A stretch of DNA of 63,718 nucleotides, the filler included, from Olpidium bornovanus S191 (lineage: Eukaryota; Fungi; Olpidiomycota): NCBI GenBank assembly GCA_017911155.1. It is 25 parts of 25 records of this genome, joined end to end, with 100 filler letters (N's around TTAATTAATTAA, not from the genome) between each part and the next. Parts side by side here need not be neighbours in the genome. Positions count along the whole stretch, not along the records: positions 1 to 2,300 come from JAEFCI010003675.1; positions 2,401 to 4,731 come from JAEFCI010010856.1; positions 4,832 to 6,432 come from JAEFCI010013169.1; positions 6,533 to 8,731 come from JAEFCI010003746.1; positions 8,832 to 10,599 come from JAEFCI010003111.1; 20 more parts are not named here. One strand, given 5' to 3'. Both the position numbers and the translations under genes were made by a program. Shown one piece after another: positions 1-10,699 of the stretch. The first letter of the stretch is position 1; each line of letters opens with the position of its first letter. The notes below the pieces were generated by a model. That model had not been told where the DNA came from. It saw only the letters and a list, made by a program, of their open reading frames with translations, and did not search any database.

Positions 1-1380
1 AAGTTGGCCAAGCGCCCCGCTCTGCGGGGCCTCGCGAGTATCAGGGTTCTAGTGTACGCGCACGGTGGTTGAAGTTGGCGAAGTGTGTCGTCGCGTAGAT
101 TCAAAGGTGGGTTATCCATGCTGGGCGGAAACGGGAATTACTGTTAGCACCGCTGTCGCCGAAGTCCGCAAGTAGCCCGAAGCGCAACGCCGTTGGTATG
201 CCCGCCTCTCTTCAAACATGCTGACGCAGATGTTGTTTTTTCGATCCAAGCATGTCGCGTGGCGGTTGCCGACCGGATTCCCGCTCCAAAACCTTTGCCC
301 AGCGCAACGACGCAAACATCACGCGAAAGACCGGTCGCTATTTGGTACCGCGTCCGCGAATGTCTACCTCTTGTCGGGCGCGATGCGGCCGCGCACGTCA
401 CGATTAAAGGCGCCTATTAAGAGCATCGCAATTGCCAGGGTCTACCAATTTTCACACCATAATCTGGTTTTTCACCACGACTGGCATCGGGATCAACAGG
501 GTATACGCCCGCGGTCCGGTTTCGCGGGTTCGCCAGTTAGTTTTACTAAGCCTTCCGCTCCGCTCCTGTGGAAAACTTTTCGGCTTTCGCGCCTCGGTGC
601 TCCAACCGGACCGCAGACCGATTGAAGGCAGCGTCGGAAACTCGGTTGAGCTTTTCTTCTTTTGCGCGGTAAATTCCCGCCGACGTGTGCGGCGTGCCAT
701 CCTGACGCCGAAGTTTGTCGTCTTGCAATTCGCCGCCAGAAGGTTACCCGGTTTTCCGCCTTGCACCTGCGCCAGCCAGCGGATCGAGCGAAAGCGCTTC
801 AGAGTAAGCGTCTTTGCCTGAGCTTCGTGCGTATCCGACGTCGCCGAGACAGGTGCGCGAGCGTGTTTCCCCGACAATTGAAACCGCGGGCGAGGCAGAG
901 CGGCGGCAGCGTAAGACCAGGAGTGAAAGGCGCCTGGTTCCGCAACACCACACCTAAAGAGAGCTTGGCCGGGTCGTCGAACGCGGGACTGCCGTCGCGC
1001 CGGCGCAGCTCTCGCTCAAACGCTGCGGGTCGTCGAACGCGGGACCGCCGTCGCGCCGGCGACGCGTCCGCGTCAAAGCAGCTCTCGCTCAAACGCTGCA
1101 CTCCAGCGAAAAACGGGTCGATACGGCCGGCCCCTGCGAGGACGGAGCACAAACGACCTTGCGGCGACTCGCCGGGACACTTGATCGCCGGCCGTCCGGG
1201 CAACCGCCGCAAAGTTAAATGCGGACCAGGCTTTTTACGTTTCCGATGGCAAGAGCCTGGAACGTGAGCCCCTGCGCAACTACCCGATTCAGCTCGACGC
1301 GCCCTTCCCGCCGTCACCAAGCTCTCGACCTTTAGCCTTTCCTTCCGACAGCGTCCTCAAACGCCGCACCCGCTTCGGAG

Positions 1381-2300
1381 ATGGCAAGTTTTGGAAGTGC
1401 ACGTGACCTAAGCGCAAGTGGTTCTCGAAGGAAAAATGCTTACAGCCGCTGGACGGAATGGGAGTTAGAGAAGCTTGTGTCCCTTGTCCGGAACTCCCTG
1501 CGATAGGCGGCTTCTCCACGGTGGAAGGAGATTGCTGCTCACTTCCCGAGATGATCCATAGATGGTGTTGTACATAAGTTCTACGCCCTGCAACCGGGAG
1601 TCAGGTCGCAAGTTAAAGTGAAATGGTCTGAACATCACCCAGGTTGCAACGCTGCATGTGAGCCAGGGTGTATTAACGCAAGGGCTCGTTGCAAGTCTGC
1701 CTAAATATTCGGTGCCGTCTATTCAAAGTCAGTGATAAGTCAGTCCGCTTTCAACACCATCCTCAGGCCTCAACGACATCTGACCTCTCTCCCCTGTCGA
1801 ATGACGGAAGGCGTTATTGGCATTCTGCGCAAACACCCAAATCAGATGGGCAGTTCCATGGAATGTCATGAGCAACGCAAACGCAAGCCCTATTCTGATC
1901 TGCTTCCGAGGAGGCACCGTAGGAGATGGAGCACTGATGATGTTGGGCTGCTGAAGCGGTTGCGAATTCTAAGCCCACAAGCCGACTGGGCCTATATTAG
2001 CGAGGTGCTCGGGCGCGCCGCAGATGCCTGCAGGCACATGGTGCGTGGTTGTTATGTGGGCAATACGAAACGATTCAAAACTGGTGTTTGGTTGATGGCT
2101 CGTTTTACAGATGTTTGAGGTCGCTGGACGTTCAGTTTCCCCTACCAAATATTGTTAAGTATAGGAGTAATACCGGCAAGTCGGTAAAATGGTCCGAGGC
2201 AGAGGTCGAAAAGCTCGTTTCCTGCTTCACCGAAATCGAGGACCGACCGAGTTGGTCGGGAATTGCGGGAAAGTATGCCTGTCCGCTCAGCCGAAGCATG
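1381..2300 (+). pseudogene. Degenerate multi-repeat Myb/SANT-like gene
   Basis: Frame from 1381 reads RWTEWELEKLVSLVRNSLR*AASPRWKEIAAHFPR*SIDGVVHKFYAL. Further repeats: KVKWSE (about 1615), RRRWSTDDVGLLKRLRILSPQADWAYISEVLGRAADACR (about 1920-2035) and VKWSEAEVEKLVSCFTEIEDRPSWSGIAGKY (about 2185-2275). Contains in-frame stops and frameshifts. Confidence 0.7.
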
Positions 2301-2400
2301 NNNNNNNNNNNNNNNNNNNNNNNNNNNNNNNNNNNNNNNNNNNNTTAATTAATTAANNNNNNNNNNNNNNNNNNNNNNNNNNNNNNNNNNNNNNNNNNNN
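2301..2400. other. Artificial contig-joining spacer (N44-TTAATTAATTAA-N44), first of 24
   Basis: Identical 100-bp spacers with stops in all six frames at 2301, 4732, 6433, 8732, 10600, 13109, 15165, 17511, 19204, 23515, 25312, 28492, 30625, 34430, 35949, 39751, 42078, 45343, 48601, 50463, 51901, 53399, 57977 and 61797. Confidence 0.99.
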
Positions 2401-2859
2401 GGCGATCTCACCTACGCAATGGGATTATATTCCGACAGCAAAGCTGCCGGTACATCGTTTTTGATAGTAAGCTCCTCGTCCACGTATTTGTTTCGGCTTG
2501 GTTAGCCTATAATCGGGAGGGGTTAGGAATTGTTGGAGTGACACGCGGATTTTTACCTCGCGCTCGCGTTCGCGTTTGTCTGCATGAAAAACCGTTATGT
2601 CGGTTATTCACCAACAGCTACAACATCAAAATAGAAAGACCAATTTTACCACGGAGCTGGCCGTGACTTTTTTTTTGCTGCTAAGCTTTTGCCGCGGCTG
2701 CATCGACAACGGGGCATGGGACAGCGTTGACAAAACATTGTAAGGAAAGTTCAAAAACTTCTTTTGGATTTTCTTTTGGACGTGCAAAGCAGTGTTGGGC
2801 GGCAGCATTTGTATGTAAACACTGCTCAGCTCCAGACCATCCGTGAGATGGAAGGGAGC

Positions 2860-3260
2860 ATTGTCGAGAAAGAATAGGACATGGCATCTTTTTTATCTGA
2901 TTAATGAGCCGGTCGGGCGAATGGCCAGAAAAAGGGTAGTGATAAGTGCTACATAGTCTATTGGGTCGCGCATACATAGTCTTCTCGATAGCTACCATCC
3001 TGGCCATGCTCTTCCTTGCCGTCATCGCCATCACCTACACTAAAAATGGCCGCCGCCGCCGCCGGCAGGGCGACGTTGCCGGCGCCTTTGTTATCGCTTG
3101 GTCCCTGTTCCGCATCTACCTTGGACAGCCTGCCTGCTCCGTCAGTGGTACTGTCCTTGCCCGCGCCGCGGTCATCACTGTCTACGCGTCAAAGTCCGTC
3201 CTCGCGATGGTCCGTGGCGCCGGCCAGGGAGCCGTTGGAGCCACTGCTGGCTTTTGTGGT
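2860..3260 (+). CDS. Fragment of a predicted multi-pass membrane protein of unknown function
   Basis: Hydrophobic segments IVFSIATILAMLFLAVIAITY and GDVAGAFVIAWSLFRIYLGQ in ORF 2946..3383. Gene structure unresolved. Confidence 0.4.
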
Positions 3261-3737
3261 CGATATAAAAGCACTCTAGTGTGTTTTTACCCTAAAGCAC
3301 TCCTAAGTAGAACATTAGTATTACTCTTAAAAAATCCAATTATGAACCGGCCATGGAAGATTCAACCGCGCTCCCAATGCTGAGCGTGCTTTTTGATGGC
3401 CCGCATCGGGTTCCCCGCCATGCCCGTAAACCAGCCCCACGGACGTGTTTGTTTTAGTTTTGGATCTCCCGAAATTTTCTCCTTTTGTTCCCCGCTTAAA
3501 TAAGCTAGTGCCAATTCAGATTGGCGGATGGCCAATTGGTATCTCATGGCGATGGTAAGTATGATAGGTATGGTGAGTATGGGCAGAAAAGTAACAAAGA
3601 AAAAATTCGCGTGCGCGAAACCCCCTTCCCGAGGGGAACGAAGGACCTTTTTTTTTTTTTTTTCGTTCTTTTCCTTTCCCGCGCGAAGCGCAGGCGGTTG
3701 AGAGCTCCGAAACCGTGCCCCAAAAGCCGCCGGGCAC

Positions 3738-4207
3738 ATGGCGGCTTTCCGCGCGGACCGAACGGTGCCGTCTCGGGTGGAAGCGGCCTCTCCTTGGCCG
3801 GGCGACCCGCCGGGCCGGCCCGAGCGCCGCGGCCGCGCGCAACCCGGTTACGAGCCCGAACCGGAGTGCGGCGGGCGTGACGGCGCCGCCAGAAGAAACG
3901 ACGGCGCGGCGCGCAAAGACGTCGAGCACGGCGGGGATGCCGTCGCCGCCGCCGGCGCTGATCCAGGAAAGAAGCGACGTTTGCACGCAAGAGGTGGGGG
4001 AAAAAGAGGCTTTCTCTTCGTTCGGAACAGAGAGGAAGTCCTTCCTCACATTGATCCCGCTCGTGCCCGGTTTGAGAGGGGGCGGCTGGGAGGGAGAGTG
4101 TGAAGTGGGCGTAGGGAAAGCGATAGGGGCCGAAAGTTTGGCGCCGGCCGGACCAGATCGAGAGCGCCGCCTGATTTCTTTTTGTCCTTGCGAAATTCCT
4201 TGGCAAA

Positions 4208-4243
<36 letters not shown>

Positions 4244-4615
4244 CTTAACCGGGCTTTTCCCGCTCACGTAAGGCTTAATTCTGCGACAGGCCGGAACGGC
4301 ACGCTGGCGTCGACGAAATCGGGCAAAGCTCAATTGCCTGGTTCGCTGCATGACATCGTTGACGTTTACGTACGTTTGTTCCTTATTTCCCCCACTGCCG
4401 CTGACCCGGTATCCCACGTCCTGCTACCTGTTCCGATACCTGTTTCGATCAGCGAACGTCCTGTTTGTCCTGGACGCCTGTTGAACCAGGCCACGTCTTT
4501 TTTCCCTGTTTGCTGGGTTGTTTTCTCAGGATAAACACAACATGATGGCCAGGCCGAGACTCCGGCGTTACCTGCGCCACTTCGGACAATATCCGGAATA
4601 TCACCGGTACTAAGC
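3738..4615 (+). CDS. Hypothetical multi-exon gene
   Basis: GC3-rich ORF 3738..4103 followed by two apparent exons after CAG acceptors (RNGTLASTKSGKAQLPGSLHDIVDVY; DKHNMMARPRLRRYLRHFGQYPEYHRY*). No family recognised. Confidence 0.3.
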
Positions 4616-4692
4616 TTTGGTGCCGGATCGCCCCAGTTCCGCTATTATTTAGCTCTGCATTGACGCGTTGCGTGGATTCACGCGCCCGCCCG

Positions 4693-4731
<39 letters not shown>

Positions 4732-4831
4732 NNNNNNNNNNNNNNNNNNNNNNNNNNNNNNNNNNNNNNNNNNNNTTAATTAATTAANNNNNNNNNNNNN
4801 NNNNNNNNNNNNNNNNNNNNNNNNNNNNNNN

Positions 4832-4873
<42 letters not shown>

Positions 4874-4876
4874 CGT

Positions 4877-4917
<41 letters not shown>

Positions 4918-5427
4918 CGGAGTTTTGCGGTGCCACACCGGAAAACCGACTTGTTCTAAGGGGCCTTTCCCCCTCGCCTCCCCCCACCCCCCACCCCTTT
5001 CCGCACAGCCGGGCCAATCAGAAATTTTCCGCCGGAGCGACCTCTTTTCTTCCCGCCTCCTTTTGGCCGGCGTGGGAGGGCGCCCGCGTGGGCCTTCGCC
5101 TTCCCATCTTTCCCAAAACGTGCCGGATCCCGTGCTCGTAGCGCGCATTATCTTTTGGCCTCCCTGGCCCTTCCCCCTTCGTCGGCCGGGTCGGCCTTTG
5201 GGCCCGCGCTGTTTTTTGCTTTGCTGTGATATAGCCCAAAGAGTCTTCCCCCCCCCGCGCCCCGCGGTTCGTCTTCCCGCCGCTTCCTTCCCACGTCGTC
5301 CCCCGCCAGACAACCGGGAGAAGAAGTGCCGGGCGACACAAAGCGGCGCCTTTTAGAGTCCTTTTTCTCCGGCGGCCGCGTTCTCGTCCTCCCCGTTTAT
5401 TGACAGGCAGAAAAAAAAAAAGAAAAC

Positions 5428-6432
5428 ATGGGGGCGGCAGTCGATGCGGACCAGTCGTCGTCGCGCTCCATGGAGGAAGGCGAGAACTCCATTGGACGTC
5501 ACATGGGACTCTTGGCCGGGACTTCCCTTATTGCGGGGTAAGGCTCTGCCTTGGTGCTGGTGAAAACGTCAATTGGTTGCCTCCGACGCGACAACGCCAC
5601 CTTTTTTGGGGGACCAAACGTTGATCATTCTTCGAACTGCGTGACCCGTGTAGATATGTGGTTGGAAGCGGCATATTTGCTGCCCCCGGTGACGTTGTGT
5701 GTACTTTTACTCCGCCGGCGCCGTCTTTGCGCGAAAGGGTCGTCACTTCCTTATTGATTGTGTACTTTTTCAGTACACCCTGGTCGATTCCACTGGCGTT
5801 GCGCTCATCCTCTGGATCATCGGCGGCCTTTTCGCTACCTGCGGAGGTTGGACGCGAACGCTGCAGTTTTTCTTTTTTTTTTTGAACCGCCCGACGATTT
5901 GCTTTTGCTGAATCACACCTGTTCAACCCTCTTGACAAATTTTTGTTCAGCTTTGTCGTACGCTGAGCTTGGTATGTAGGGCGCCGTTGAAAAATGGACG
6001 CGCCGCCGTTTTTGTCGGAATGCGCTGACCGCTCCGGCTTACAGGGGTTTTGTTCCCGAAAAATGGTGCCGAGCAGGTCTACCACACGGAGGCGTTCCAT
6101 CCTATCCTCGGCATGGGCTTCAGCATCAGCAACAATCTGTTCATATGGCCTGCAGTCCAGGCCGCCACTGCCAGTATCTTCGGCAAATACCTTTACACGA
6201 TGATCCACTACGACCCCAACCGTGGCCCAGACGACCAGGCTGCGATCGCCTCGGACGACATGACGCCGCAATTGCTCGGCGTGTTAATTACAACGCTTGT
6301 TTGTTTGCTCAACATGGCCCACAAGAAAGCCGGAACGCAGATACAGACGGCGTTCACTGTCGCAAAACTCCTCGGCCTTGCCCTCGTTATTGTTCTCGGC
6401 ATTGTCGTGTTCGCCAAGGGCGAGGCGTCCGA
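5428..6432 (+). CDS. APC/LAT-family amino-acid permease (MUP1/SLC7-like), 5' part, multi-exon
   Basis: Spliced translation: MGAAVDA...GRHMGLLAGTSLIAG / VVGSGIFAAPG / STGVALILWIIGGLFATCG / LSYAELG / FPKNGAEQVY...IQTAFTVAKLLGL. Has the GSGIF and YAELG signatures; truncated by the contig end. Confidence 0.92.
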
Positions 6433-7006
6433 NNNNNNNNNNNNNNNNNNNNNNNNNNNNNNNNNNNNNNNNNNNNTTAATTAATTAANNNNNNNNNNNN
6501 NNNNNNNNNNNNNNNNNNNNNNNNNNNNNNNNAACGTGATCAGCTTGAATGCAGCGGCGCGTCGTTGGTTGGACTCCCCAACTTGCCAAGCGTTGTTGGC
6601 GAGCGAGAAGGTTATGTGACGTTTACATGAAGAATTTGGGGCGGCGCCGCCACTCTAGTTGAAATTTTGTACGGTCTTGCCGAAGCAAGAGGGAATTCGC
6701 AACATCAATGGGGACAATTCTCGCTGTGGCTCTGGTGATCTGTCGGTGTGCTTGCCAGGCGAAGGGACAACGGCCGACTGCGCGGTGGACGCGAATCACG
6801 CAGACGCAAAAAGGCAGGAGGGGAGAGAGCGGGGAAACGCGCAGGGTGTGCCGGCATGTTCGCGAAGTTCTGGAAAGCTTCGGCCGTTTTGCTGGCAAAA
6901 ACTCGGCCGGCGGCATATTTATGGTAGTCCGTCGATGTTGGAGGTGGCCGTCGATGTGGCGGTGTGACACATGCGATTGTGCTCCCGCTGGTAAAACTTG
7001 TAGAAG

Positions 7007-7037
<31 letters not shown>

Positions 7038-7080
7038 AAAAAAGAAAAAGAAAAACTCCGCAGTTAACGGGTTTGCTACC

Positions 7081-8001
7081 ATGGACTCCGCCGCCTGCCT
7101 GAGGAGAGCTGCCGCGTCGCCCTGCCGCGTCGCCGCCGCGCTGCGGCCTGGCTCGCTGCAGCGGCGGACGACCGCCGTTGGCGCGTGCGCCGCCTTCGCG
7201 ACGTCGGCGGCCGGGCGGCGGGTGGCGGGCGTGTCGCCGGACCCGGCGTCGCTGCCGGCGGACGAGAGGGGCGAGCCGGGGACGTGCAGGTGGACGTACA
7301 AGACGATCTGCTACCAGCCCCGGCGTCTGCCGCGGCGGCCGCCGGGCCTGCTGCGGCCGCCGCCGAATCTGGAGCGCAAGTGCGTGCTGCCGCCTGACGC
7401 GGTCACCGTCGAGGCCGCCTACCCGTTCGCGGGCCCCGTGCCCTCCGCGGTGCCCGCCGACGTCGCCACCCTGGCGGCGGCGGTGCGAAGGGAGCAGGCC
7501 GACCGCGCGGCCCGCGCCGACCTGCGGCTCCGGCTCTTTTCTCCCGACAACCACGAGAGGGTGCTCCCGGGCGACGTGGTGGTGCTCGAGACGTGGAACG
7601 GCCTCGGCGCGAAGCGCCCGAACTCCTTATCCCGGCCCGCGGAGAAGCAGCAGCAGCGGCAGCCCGCCGCAGGCGGCGGCGACCCCACCGCTCTGTCCGT
7701 CGCCCGCTTCGCCGGCGTGGTCGTCAAGATTACGCACAGGGGCGTCGCCTCGAGCTTTGTCGTCCGCAACGTCGTCCAGGGCGTCGGCATTAACGTCCAC
7801 TTCCCAATCTGCTCCCCGCTCATCAAGAGCATCCGCGTCGCAAAGCGCAAAGCCCTCCTCGTTCCGCCCAAACTGTCCCCGAAAGCTCCCGCCTACGTGG
7901 CCAAGAAAGCGAAGGCCACCCTGAACCGCTCGTTCTCGGTCCGGGAACTCTACGCCGCCGTCAAGGAAAAAGACGCTTTCTGGGCGGTCCCGAGGAAGTG
8001 A
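7081..8001 (+). CDS. MRPL19: Mitochondrial ribosomal protein bL19m (yeast Img1-like)
   Basis: Arg/Ala-rich presequence-like N-terminus, then PGDVVVLE...RFAGVVVKITHRGVASSFVVRNVVQGVGINVHFPICSPLIKSIRV, the L19 core. Intronless, ATG 7081 to TGA 8001. Confidence 0.88.
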   Translation: MDSAACLRRAAASPCRVAAALRPGSLQRRTTAVGACAAFATSAAGRRVAGVSPDPASLPADERGEPGTCRWTYKTICYQPRRLPRRPPGLLRPPPNLERKCVLPPDAVTVEAAYPFAGPVPSAVPADVATLAAAVRREQADRAARADLRLRLFSPDNHERVLPGDVVVLETWNGLGAKRPNSLSRPAEKQQQRQPAAGGGDPTALSVARFAGVVVKITHRGVASSFVVRNVVQGVGINVHFPICSPLIKSIRVAKRKALLVPPKLSPKAPAYVAKKAKATLNRSFSVRELYAAVKEKDAFWAVPRK

Positions 8002-9447
8002 AAGAAAAAAGTAAAACAGAGGAGGGGAGCCCCGCCCGCGTTGATGTTGTCCTGTAGCCTGTTAAATTTCACGTTGTTCCAGCGATTCGGCCTTCCTCTG
8101 CCGCCGCCGCGACAATACACCGTCGTGCTCGGGGCCATCTCGTCTCTTTGACTTAAAGTACAAAAAAGATGTCGATGTCTCCGTACGCATTTGTTTTCAA
8201 TAATAGAAGTTCGTGCTCCACCCACCAACCACCGCACGAAGCAAACTGTCTTTGCCTTTTTTGCCCCAAAGCCGACACGACGCGAAGCAAACTGCGCGTG
8301 CAATATCCGCACATCATCAGCTTTTGCTCTTGTTTGATTTTTTGTATCGTTTTTTTTTCGTTGTTTAGCTTTTCGTTTTGTTTTAGTTTTATTGTGTTGT
8401 GTTTTTGTTTAGTTTAGTTTTTTGGGTTTTGTATTTCTTTTTTGTTTTGTGTTGTTTTTGTTGTTTTGTATCGTTCCTTTGTTTCGTATTGTTTTTGTTT
8501 TTCCCGCCATTTGCTGCAGAGTTGGATATGATGACAGCATTGGCATGACGGCGACGGCGGCGACTGCAGAGGCGTTACGGCGGCAGGATTCGCGGCAGGC
8601 AGCCCGAGGATTCATGGGTCTAGGGTAACCAAACGTACCCGCTTCACGTAAACCCCAGGTCGAGCCTTGCTCCGCTTCCGCTGTTCTGCGAACGGTTTCC
8701 GCGCGCCGAAGCCGTTTTTGTTTCGCTGATGNNNNNNNNNNNNNNNNNNNNNNNNNNNNNNNNNNNNNNNNNNNNTTAATTAATTAANNNNNNNNNNNNN
8801 NNNNNNNNNNNNNNNNNNNNNNNNNNNNNNNCATGTTGGATGCGAAAAAAAAAATTTTTCTCTGACGAACGCTAAACCCGAGAAAACTTACTTTATCTTT
8901 CCTGGCTTCATACGGGCCGCCCCGCCCCGTTCTCTCGTTTGTCCATAGATCTCTCCATATACACGCATGCCACGCGCGTTTGAACAGCTTCTACAATCTT
9001 TATTTCCCCCCCCCCCCCCGCCTTTCTCTCTCTTTCTCTCTCGCTCTCGCGCTGTCGGTGTGGTAATTTCGCGAAAACGGCCGACAGTGACAGCGCGCGG
9101 CAATGCGGAGGCGGCCCGCGCGGCGAGCTGGTCCGAGCCGGCGCCGCGAGAGAAAAACTCTCCGACTGCTCGGGAATTGTGGGAACCCTCGGCGTGATCT
9201 GGGAGGGTGAGAGGGGGGGAGTAGCGATGTTGGCGTTGCCACGTACGGGTGGCGTCGACGCGCGACGGCGGCGGGTGGCGGCGGGAGAAGAAGTTGTCGG
9301 GTCTGGCGGGCGGGGCGCGGGGCGACCTTGCGCCGCGCGGGGGGGAACGCCACCGCCGCCGACAAACGCGCCGCCGGGACAACCGCGGGGGAGGGATCGT
9401 TCCTCGGCCGGTCGGACCTTCCCCAGGAAGGGGCTCGAAAAGCAGAA

Positions 9448-10374
9448 ATGAAGTCGCGGGCGAACGTGCGGTCGACGCCGCTTGCCCGCCCGAGACCTTC
9501 CTCGGGCGGCGCCGTCGCCTCCCGGCCGTTCTCGAAAGCGCGCGTCCCGCGCGGCACAACCCACGTCGAGGTGGAGCGCAAGTTCCTCTTCGACCCGTCC
9601 CTGGTGGCGCGGCTGCTGCTGTCCGGGCCGCGGCGGGCGGGCCCGCTCGGGCCCGTGCGGGACCTCGGCGGGCGGACGTTCACGGACGAGTACTTCGACG
9701 ACGCCGGCGCCGCCTACCCGCTCACGACGCGGGACGTGTGGCTGCGCGCGCGCGACGGCGCGCTGCAGATGAAGATCCACGACGACGCGGGGGCGGGCCC
9801 GGGCACGGACACCTTCCTCGAGGTCGTCGGGGCCGGCGCCGTCGCGGACCGCCTGGAGCGGTATTCGGCCGAGGGCGTGCTCCGGGCGCGGCGGCGCGGC
9901 GGGGGCCGGGAGGAGGAGGAGGAGGAGGAGGAGGAGGAGCAGGAGGACGGGGACGTCCGGGCCCTCCTGCGCGCCCGCTACAACCTCACGCCCTTCTGCC
10001 GCATCACCACCTCGCGACGGAGCTTCGTCCTGCAGGACCGCTTCCGCCTAGACCTCGACTCCGCCGACTTCGGCCACCGCGTCGGCGAGCTGGAGCTCGC
10101 CGTGCCCCTGCCGCCCGGCTGCGGCGGCGGCTGCGGCGCCTCCCCGGAGCGCCGCCGCGAGATCGCCCGCGCCGCCGAGCGCGAGATCGCAGACTTCTGC
10201 GGCCGCCACGCCTGGTTCTTCGAGGCGGCGGCGGCGCCGGCGGCGGCGGGCGCCGGCGGGGCGCCGGCGGAGCTCGGGAAGCTCACGGCGTACATCAGGA
10301 GGTTCAACCCGGAGCAGTGGAAGGCGCTGACGGAATCCCCGGCGCTCAAGAAAAAGCTGTTTCGCGGAAAGTGA
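9448..10374 (+). CDS. THTPA: CYTH-domain protein, thiamine-triphosphatase-like
   Basis: EVERKF (ExExK) motif, FTDEYFD, LTTRDVWLRAR, RRSF...DLDSADFGHRVGELEL. Confidence 0.85.
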   Translation: MKSRANVRSTPLARPRPSSGGAVASRPFSKARVPRGTTHVEVERKFLFDPSLVARLLLSGPRRAGPLGPVRDLGGRTFTDEYFDDAGAAYPLTTRDVWLRARDGALQMKIHDDAGAGPGTDTFLEVVGAGAVADRLERYSAEGVLRARRRGGGREEEEEEEEEEQEDGDVRALLRARYNLTPFCRITTSRRSFVLQDRFRLDLDSADFGHRVGELELAVPLPPGCGGGCGASPERRREIARAAEREIADFCGRHAWFFEAAAAPAAAGAGGAPAELGKLTAYIRRFNPEQWKALTESPALKKKLFRGK

Positions 10375-10515
10375 AAACCAAAAACCAAAAAAAAGGAAAA
10401 AAACCGGACCCCCCCCCCCCTCCCCCCCCTGCCCGCGCCTTTTCCCCGCCCTCATGCACGGTTTGGTCGGGAGCGGTTCCCGTCGCGACGCGGGGCCGCG
10501 CGTTCGAATGCAAAC

Positions 10516-10576
<61 letters not shown>

Positions 10577-10699
10577 TTTTTTTTTTTTTTTTTTTTTTCN
10601 NNNNNNNNNNNNNNNNNNNNNNNNNNNNNNNNNNNNNNNNNNNTTAATTAATTAANNNNNNNNNNNNNNNNNNNNNNNNNNNNNNNNNNNNNNNNNNNN

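Noticed and set aside
452-877. Possible Myb or homeodomain remnant on the minus strand
   Set aside because: A basic stretch (RRTRRREFT) is present but the conserved Trp spacing is not; unsupported.
2345-2356. Recurring TTAATTAATTAA as a CRISPR-like or regulatory repeat
   Set aside because: Always centred in N44 blocks; it is a synthetic six-frame stop linker.
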